Source: an uncultured virus (IMG/VR IMGVR_UViG_3300009500_000013) (taxonomy: Duplodnaviria > Heunggongvirae > Uroviricota > Caudoviricetes). From it: DNA of 20,000 nt. Location: IMG/VR virus record IMGVR_UViG_3300009500_000013. One strand, 5' to 3'. The position numbers and the translations under genes were made by a program. The notes beneath the pieces were generated by a model. The model searched no databases. It was not told where the DNA came from and saw nothing but the letters and a program-made list of their open reading frames with translations. This document shows positions 14,853-20,000 of this stretch, piece by piece (position 1 is the first letter of the stretch; each line of letters begins with the position of its first letter).

Positions 14853-17348
14853 ATGGTAGATATAACTAGCAACACTAATTTTCAACCAACAGCAGTAGTG
14901 GATGCTGATGGTAGTCTGCAAGTTCAAAACTTTGGCGGTTTATCTTCTAATATACCTACCTCACCTTTTTTAAATAGGTCAACCATTAATTTAGGTAATA
15001 ATAATCTTATTTCCAATACTGGAGCAATTCAATCAGATAATGATGCAATAGAAAAAGCATTAAATTCATATGATGCTGTGAAAATGCAATTACCTACTTT
15101 TCAAGCTAATGTACTTGATACGGTTGAAAATTATACTTATAATTGGAAATTGTATTTAGCTCCTGAAGCTCAAGTTTTAAATGTGGATCAAAAACCCACT
15201 GGTCCTTTTTATATAATAGCTCAATCTGGAGTTAGTAGTAATTTTTATATCAAGGATGTTGAGATAGAAAGTATTGTTGGACCAAACCCAAAAACAAGAA
15301 ATATTAGCAGCGTTGTTTTTAGAATGACAATAGTCGAACCACAAGGTATTAGCTTAATTGATAAATGGATTGCTGCTGCTGCAAGTTTAAACATAAAAAA
15401 CATTAATATATGTCCACTAATGTTAGAACTTAGCTTTAAGGGTTATTCTCCCCAAGGTCAACAAGCCACAACTAACAATTTGACTAGAACGTGGAGAGTT
15501 AAAGTAAATGATATAAAAACAAATATGGATAGTGGTGGTAGTGAATATAGATTAAGTTTTACTACAGCAGAAGATTTTAGTTTCAATCGGTTTAGTGCTG
15601 CTGCTATTATACAACAACAAATTTCTTTCCCAATAACCACAGTAGGTAAATTTTTTGATGATTTTGGATATTACCTTACTTTACAAGCTACGGTAAAGTC
15701 AGCACATAGTTCTATTGCAAGAGATGAGTATGTTTTTAAAGTTAATCCACAAATGAGAAATTGGGTCATTGGCGAATTGGCACAAGAAAAAAACACACCA
15801 TCTATGTTTATTGATGACTCTGGTCAACGAAGTATTGTATTAAGTACTAACATGACACTTGATAGAATTGTTGATATTGTTCTTTCTTCTACAAAAGAAG
15901 GTCAGAAAATGGCTAACCCAAGTAGCAAAAATGAAAAATTGGATAGTCAGCCATTAGCTCCTAAAATATCTAAAATAGCAAAAATAAATGGTAAGACAGA
16001 ATTTTTAGCATTTAATAAAACAGCTAATGATTATAATAAAAGATTTACTTATTATATCAACCAATTCGCTACTATTAGAACTATAATTGATGAACCCAAT
16101 AATATAAATCAAGATTCAAGAATTCAATACTTAGTACAAGATGCTCTAAAAAAGAAATATCAATATATTTTTACTGGAGAAAATACTGATGTTTTAAGAT
16201 TGGATTTAAAACTTGATAATTTATGGGTAATGTCAAGTCAATATTATGCAAACTCATTGCAAAGAAAAAATAACGTAAGTTCAAAGTTTATCAATCCTAA
16301 TGATAAGACTAGTAATATTAGTACGCCTGATGATTTAAGAGATCAAAATAAAAATAATCCTTATCAGTTCACTCCAATTCCTAATAGTGAAACAGAAACT
16401 ATATTAAAATATACACAAAATTCTGATTTTACTAGCAATCTAAATACTAATTCTACCCCTATTCCGAAAAATCCAACCACTATTGACCCTAATTTATTAA
16501 ATATAGAAAGTTTAGATCAATTAACATCAAGTAATCAAATAAATGTTTCACAGTTACAAAGTGCTATTACTACACTTGATGCACAAAATACTGCTAATGC
16601 TCCAGTACAAGCACCTCAAGCCAATTCAATATCAAATATTCCAACTCTAACTGGTACACTATCAAGACTAGCACCTCCACAAGTATCTAGTCTAATAAGC
16701 GGATTAACTACTAATACCCCTAACTCAACAAATGCTAATGGAATATTAATAGAAACACTAAATACCTCAAATATACAGAACTTAAATAAAAATGCTGTTT
16801 TAAGCATGTATAGAAATCAAATAGATCCACAATTAGATAGTCATAGAGTTTTAGATAATATTGAAGAAACAAAAAATTTAGGAAGAAGTATTTTTGGTAT
16901 TATAACTAACCAACTTTATAATCAATCTAGTGACTTGATAAAAATAGAAATGGAAATCCGTGGTGATCCTTATTGGTTAGGTGAAAGTGATTATGAACAA
17001 TTTACTAGACTAACAAACAATACTACTGAACAACCAAGCAAAGTTGGCTATGCTAATTTTTTAAGGGGAGAAAATTGTTTATTTCTAACTTTTCAAACAC
17101 CATCAACTTATAATGATGCTACTGGATTAATAAATTTACAACAAAGTGATTTATTTGCTGGTGTTTATACTGTCATTACTGTTGTTAGCAGTTTTGCTGA
17201 TGGTAAATTCACACAAAGACTAGATTGTTCAAGAGATATTCAAACTGATCCTAAATTACTAAGTAAATATATAAACTCAAGTAACTCTCCATCATCTGTT
17301 TCTAAAAGTAATGGAAACTTGGTTGGATTAATCAATAAGATAATTTAA
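14853..17348 (+). CDS. Baseplate hub protein (gp27/VgrG-like), 831 aa
   Basis: Lies between the gp53-like and gp5-like genes. Motifs include NVLDTVENYTYNWKLY, MTIVEPQGISLID, KKYQYIFTGENTDVL and C-terminal IEMEIRGDPYWL...GVYTVITVVSSFADGKFTQRLDCSR, typical of contractile-tail hubs. Confidence 0.75.
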   Translation: MVDITSNTNFQPTAVVDADGSLQVQNFGGLSSNIPTSPFLNRSTINLGNNNLISNTGAIQSDNDAIEKALNSYDAVKMQLPTFQANVLDTVENYTYNWKLYLAPEAQVLNVDQKPTGPFYIIAQSGVSSNFYIKDVEIESIVGPNPKTRNISSVVFRMTIVEPQGISLIDKWIAAAASLNIKNINICPLMLELSFKGYSPQGQQATTNNLTRTWRVKVNDIKTNMDSGGSEYRLSFTTAEDFSFNRFSAAAIIQQQISFPITTVGKFFDDFGYYLTLQATVKSAHSSIARDEYVFKVNPQMRNWVIGELAQEKNTPSMFIDDSGQRSIVLSTNMTLDRIVDIVLSSTKEGQKMANPSSKNEKLDSQPLAPKISKIAKINGKTEFLAFNKTANDYNKRFTYYINQFATIRTIIDEPNNINQDSRIQYLVQDALKKKYQYIFTGENTDVLRLDLKLDNLWVMSSQYYANSLQRKNNVSSKFINPNDKTSNISTPDDLRDQNKNNPYQFTPIPNSETETILKYTQNSDFTSNLNTNSTPIPKNPTTIDPNLLNIESLDQLTSSNQINVSQLQSAITTLDAQNTANAPVQAPQANSISNIPTLTGTLSRLAPPQVSSLISGLTTNTPNSTNANGILIETLNTSNIQNLNKNAVLSMYRNQIDPQLDSHRVLDNIEETKNLGRSIFGIITNQLYNQSSDLIKIEMEIRGDPYWLGESDYEQFTRLTNNTTEQPSKVGYANFLRGENCLFLTFQTPSTYNDATGLINLQQSDLFAGVYTVITVVSSFADGKFTQRLDCSRDIQTDPKLLSKYINSSNSPSSVSKSNGNLVGLINKII

Positions 17349-17357
17349 GATATTCAA

Positions 17358-17915
17358 ATGAAATTTGACGATATAAAAGCTAATAAAGATATAAAAGCGA
17401 TTGCTTCACAAGCTCCTATTGATTCAAAGGTTTATGGAAAAGAAGTGATTGTGAAAAAATTTGAAAAACTTGGTTGGAATTTAGCTGGTTCAGGTCATTT
17501 TGCTTTGGTTTTTGAAAATCCAAATAAAAATTATGTGATAAGAGTTGAATATAATAAAGATTTAGGTTTTGAAGAATTTTATGAATTTGTTAAAAATCAC
17601 AAATGTAAATATCTTCCTAAAATAAAAAAAGATAGTATTAGAAATGGTGGAGAAATTAAAAATATCTATTTAATAGAAAAACTAATGCCACTAAAAGATG
17701 AAAAGTTAAAAACTATAATTATTAACTTATTTAATGATTGGCATCCAACAGAAAAAGATAAAATTTTATTGAAAAAATATCCAAGATTAGAAGAATTTAT
17801 AGAATATATGGTAAGAAATATTGGAGATAAAACATTAGATATTCACGAAGATAACCTGATGCAACGAGCAGACAAAACCCCTATAATAATAGACGCATTT
17901 TATAATAACATATGA
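17358..17915 (+). CDS. Protein-kinase-like protein resembling the T7 gp0.7 kinase domain (185 aa)
   Basis: Gly-rich loop AGSGHFALVF, beta3 NYVIRV, YLPKI, IYLIEKL, catalytic loop LDIHEDNLM and Mg-binding PIIIDAF. The stop overlaps the spike start (ATGA at 17912-17915). Confidence 0.8.
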   Translation: MKFDDIKANKDIKAIASQAPIDSKVYGKEVIVKKFEKLGWNLAGSGHFALVFENPNKNYVIRVEYNKDLGFEEFYEFVKNHKCKYLPKIKKDSIRNGGEIKNIYLIEKLMPLKDEKLKTIIINLFNDWHPTEKDKILLKKYPRLEEFIEYMVRNIGDKTLDIHEDNLMQRADKTPIIIDAFYNNI

Positions 17916-19768
17916 GTTCACAAAGTCGCATAAGTAATCCAACTGGTGGAGCAATAGATAGGGTTGACTTACGATGCACTCAAATTGGAGTTGTCAAAGA
18001 AGTCATAGACGGCGAAACTATGGGTCGATTAAAAGTTTGGATTAAAAATAGTAATACTTTAGAAAATGATCCAAGAGGTTGGGTTACTTGTAACTATGCA
18101 AGTCCTTTTGCTGGAGCAAGTGATCCAGAATTTATTGGCAATAACACTCAAAGTTATGAGCAGACACAAACAAGTTATGGATGGTGGGCTATTCCGCCTG
18201 ATTTGAATAATGAAGTTTTAATAAATTTTATTAATGGTGACATAAGAAAAGCGTATTGGTTTGCTTGTTTATATCAAAAAGATATGAACAATATGATACC
18301 TGGTATTCCTAAAGCAACCACTTTTCAAAATAATCAATTTGGTGGTTTGGATGTTGCTAGTGCAGAATATAATAAAACTGCTAATACTTCAACTGTTAGA
18401 CCCTATTATGAACCATTAGCTGATGGTAACGCAACACAAGGATTAACTACTGATCAATTACGAGGAGCTGGTAGTAGCGGAGCTAGAAGAGAAAGTCCAA
18501 GTAAAGTTACTGGAATTCTTACACCTGGTGGTAATCAATTTATTATGGATGATGGTGTTGGAAGTGAACTTATTAGGTTAAGAACCGCAAGTGGTGCTCA
18601 AATTCTAATAAGTGAAACTGAAGGTCATGTTTATGCCATTAGTAGGGACGGAAAAAGTTGGGGAGAATTAAATGTCGATGGTAATGTGGATTTTTATGCT
18701 GGTGCTAATTGTAGTGTTCATGCAATAAATGATTTTAATGTAACTGCTGGTGGTAATGTTAATATTGATGCAGGTGGAAATATCAATTTACGAGCTACTG
18801 GCTCTATAAATGCTTTATCTACTGGAGATCTAAATTTTACTGCTTTAGGTAATAGTTCTTTATCTGTAAAAGGCTTATATACTTCTACATTCGACAGCGA
18901 TATAAGACATTGGCAAGCAAATGGGAAAATAACAATATCAGATACTTTTAATCATGGAAATCTAAAAAATGATAGCAGACCAAGTAACCAAACTCCATCT
19001 TTACAAACACAAAGTATAAAAAACTCTAATAAACAAGAAACGTCAACACAAACAGTTTGTAGTAGAGTTCCAGACTTTGAACCTTGGGCTCCACATGCTC
19101 CTACTGGTTCTGGTTCTCCTACTCCAACAATGGAAGAAAATTACGATGCTCTTGCTGGTAATGTTACTAATAGTGCTACTATGCCATTACCATTAGTAGG
19201 AACACCAAAAGCAGGTATGAAATCTGGTGTTTATACTCCAGTAAGTTATGATAGTAAAAATCAACCAGTCTATAGTTATACAGGAAAAACAACTGCCTTG
19301 ACTCCTATAGCAACATTGACAACTAGTCAAGATGGTTTATCATTTATTGAAGGTCAAGAAGGTTTAGTTAATACGGTTTATAATGATGTTGGTCATAAAG
19401 CTATTGGAATTGGACATAATATCGTTCCAAGCGATCCATCTTATATACAAACTGGACCAATTACTGATGAACAAGCATATGCTTTGTTAGCAAGCGATCT
19501 TAAAAAAGTCGAACAGACTATGAAAAAATACATAAAAGTACCATTAACTCAATCACAATTTGATGCAATTTCAAGTTTTATTTTCAATATTGGTTCTGGT
19601 TCTTTTATAAAAAGTACTTTATTAAAAGAATTAAATCTTGGCAATTATAGCGAAGTACCAAATCAATTCATGAGATGGGTTAATGTGGCAGGAAAAGTAA
19701 ATCAGGGATTAGTTAAACGCAGAAGAGCAGAAGCACTTTTATTTTCGACTCCTGCTTCTACTAATTAA
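17912..19768 (+). CDS. Baseplate central spike, gp5-like: OB-fold, beta-helix and C-terminal GH24 lysozyme (618 aa)
   Basis: N-terminal IGVVKEVIDGETMGRLKVWI...YASPFAG...SYGWWAIPPDLNNEVLINF (gp5 OB-fold); beta-helix repeats NVTAGGNVNIDAGGNINLRATG; C-terminal phage lysozyme FIEGQEG...AIGIGH...VPLTQSQFDAISSFIFNIGSGSF...RWVNVAGKVNQGLVKRRRAEALLF. Confidence 0.92.
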   Translation: MSSQSRISNPTGGAIDRVDLRCTQIGVVKEVIDGETMGRLKVWIKNSNTLENDPRGWVTCNYASPFAGASDPEFIGNNTQSYEQTQTSYGWWAIPPDLNNEVLINFINGDIRKAYWFACLYQKDMNNMIPGIPKATTFQNNQFGGLDVASAEYNKTANTSTVRPYYEPLADGNATQGLTTDQLRGAGSSGARRESPSKVTGILTPGGNQFIMDDGVGSELIRLRTASGAQILISETEGHVYAISRDGKSWGELNVDGNVDFYAGANCSVHAINDFNVTAGGNVNIDAGGNINLRATGSINALSTGDLNFTALGNSSLSVKGLYTSTFDSDIRHWQANGKITISDTFNHGNLKNDSRPSNQTPSLQTQSIKNSNKQETSTQTVCSRVPDFEPWAPHAPTGSGSPTPTMEENYDALAGNVTNSATMPLPLVGTPKAGMKSGVYTPVSYDSKNQPVYSYTGKTTALTPIATLTTSQDGLSFIEGQEGLVNTVYNDVGHKAIGIGHNIVPSDPSYIQTGPITDEQAYALLASDLKKVEQTMKKYIKVPLTQSQFDAISSFIFNIGSGSFIKSTLLKELNLGNYSEVPNQFMRWVNVAGKVNQGLVKRRRAEALLFSTPASTN

Positions 19769-19786
19769 AATAATTCCATTTTACTA

Positions 19787-19815
19787 TTGACTTATAAATT
19801 TGTTTGTGATATTCT
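19787..19815 (+). promoter_or_regulatory. Sigma70-type promoter TTGACT-17-TATTCT with extended -10
   Basis: TTGACT at 19787-19792, TG at 19807-19808, TATTCT at 19810-19815, followed by an AGGAG Shine-Dalgarno at 19841-19845 and ATG 19851. Confidence 0.7.
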
Positions 19816-19850
19816 AATTATATCAAATAAACAAACAAATAGGAGTTTTT

Positions 19851-20000
19851 ATGAATAATGTTGCAACCAAAACAAGAGAAGAAAAAACTTATACTATTGC
19901 GAAGTCCAGAACAGGAAAACCTGATATGTTACAAACTGGCACGTTATCAGAGCTAATTGAATATTATAGCTACACCTTAGAGTGTGGTAAAGATTATGAA
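19851..20000 (+). CDS. Hypothetical phage protein, truncated at the window edge (not in the ORF track)
   Basis: Translates MNNVATKTREEKTYTIAKSRTGKPDMLQTGTLSELIEYYSYTLECGKDYE..., with a strong AGGAG Shine-Dalgarno and its own promoter. The GTL.EL..Y.SYTLECG block is recalled from uncharacterised large-phage proteins. Confidence 0.75.
   Translation, partial: MNNVATKTREEKTYTIAKSRTGKPDMLQTGTLSELIEYYSYTLECGKDYE

Noticed and set aside
15458..16807. Minus-strand ORFs 15458..15640 and 16616..16807
   Set aside because: They are antisense shadows inside the 831-aa hub gene.
17358..17380. Kinase N-terminus MKFDDIK as a capsid-targeting leader
   Set aside because: It resembles MK.xE(I/L) leaders only loosely and has no nearby (I/L)xE cleavage motif, so it is not used as evidence for packaging.
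7056..19768. Bacterial T6SS/eCIS/tailocin locus rather than a phage
   Set aside because: A gp13-like head-tail neck protein, a gp55-like late sigma factor, T4-type late promoter cores and phage-type accessory genes indicate a true large myophage.
1..20000. Stop-codon reassignment (alternative genetic code), as seen in some large phages
   Set aside because: Long genes are uninterrupted in the standard code, and TAG (7428-7430), TGA (17913-17915) and TAA all end genes at expected positions. The only disrupted ORF involves TAA plus a frameshift.
1..20000. Inteins, introns, homing endonucleases, tRNAs, CRISPR arrays, DGR repeats
   Set aside because: I saw no intein terminal motifs, LAGLIDADG/HNH/GIY-YIG ORFs, cloverleaf sequences or regularly spaced nucleotide repeats. 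The shared module is too diverged and not adenine-specific, so it is not a DGR TR/VR pair. This was a by-eye inspection only.

Overview
This AT-rich window is a segment of a large T4-like or jumbo myophage genome covering the baseplate/neck morphogenesis cluster. Gene content and order resemble, from recollection, RaK2/GAP32-type jumbo phages. It contains a giant virion protein missing from the ORF track (6951 to <1, minus strand, >2317 aa, open to the window edge). It also encodes gp25-, gp6- and gp53-like wedge proteins, a gp13-like neck protein, a gp55-like late sigma factor, a gp27/VgrG-like hub and a gp5-like spike with a C-terminal GH24 lysozyme. Non-structural genes are interleaved: a T7 gp0.7-like kinase domain (beta3 Lys replaced by Arg) coupled to the spike gene, a KTSC protein with a capsid-targeting-like N-terminus, a tandem array of four small 'YLxL' paralogues (the fourth disrupted), a 50-aa Cys/acidic mini-protein and a partial ORF at the right edge. 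Two promoter classes are visible: TAAATA 28-36 nt upstream of all five structural transcription-unit starts, and sigma70-type promoters before the small accessory genes and the sigma gene. A ~95-aa module is shared between the giant protein and the gp6-like protein. All family assignments come from motif recognition, not database searches.
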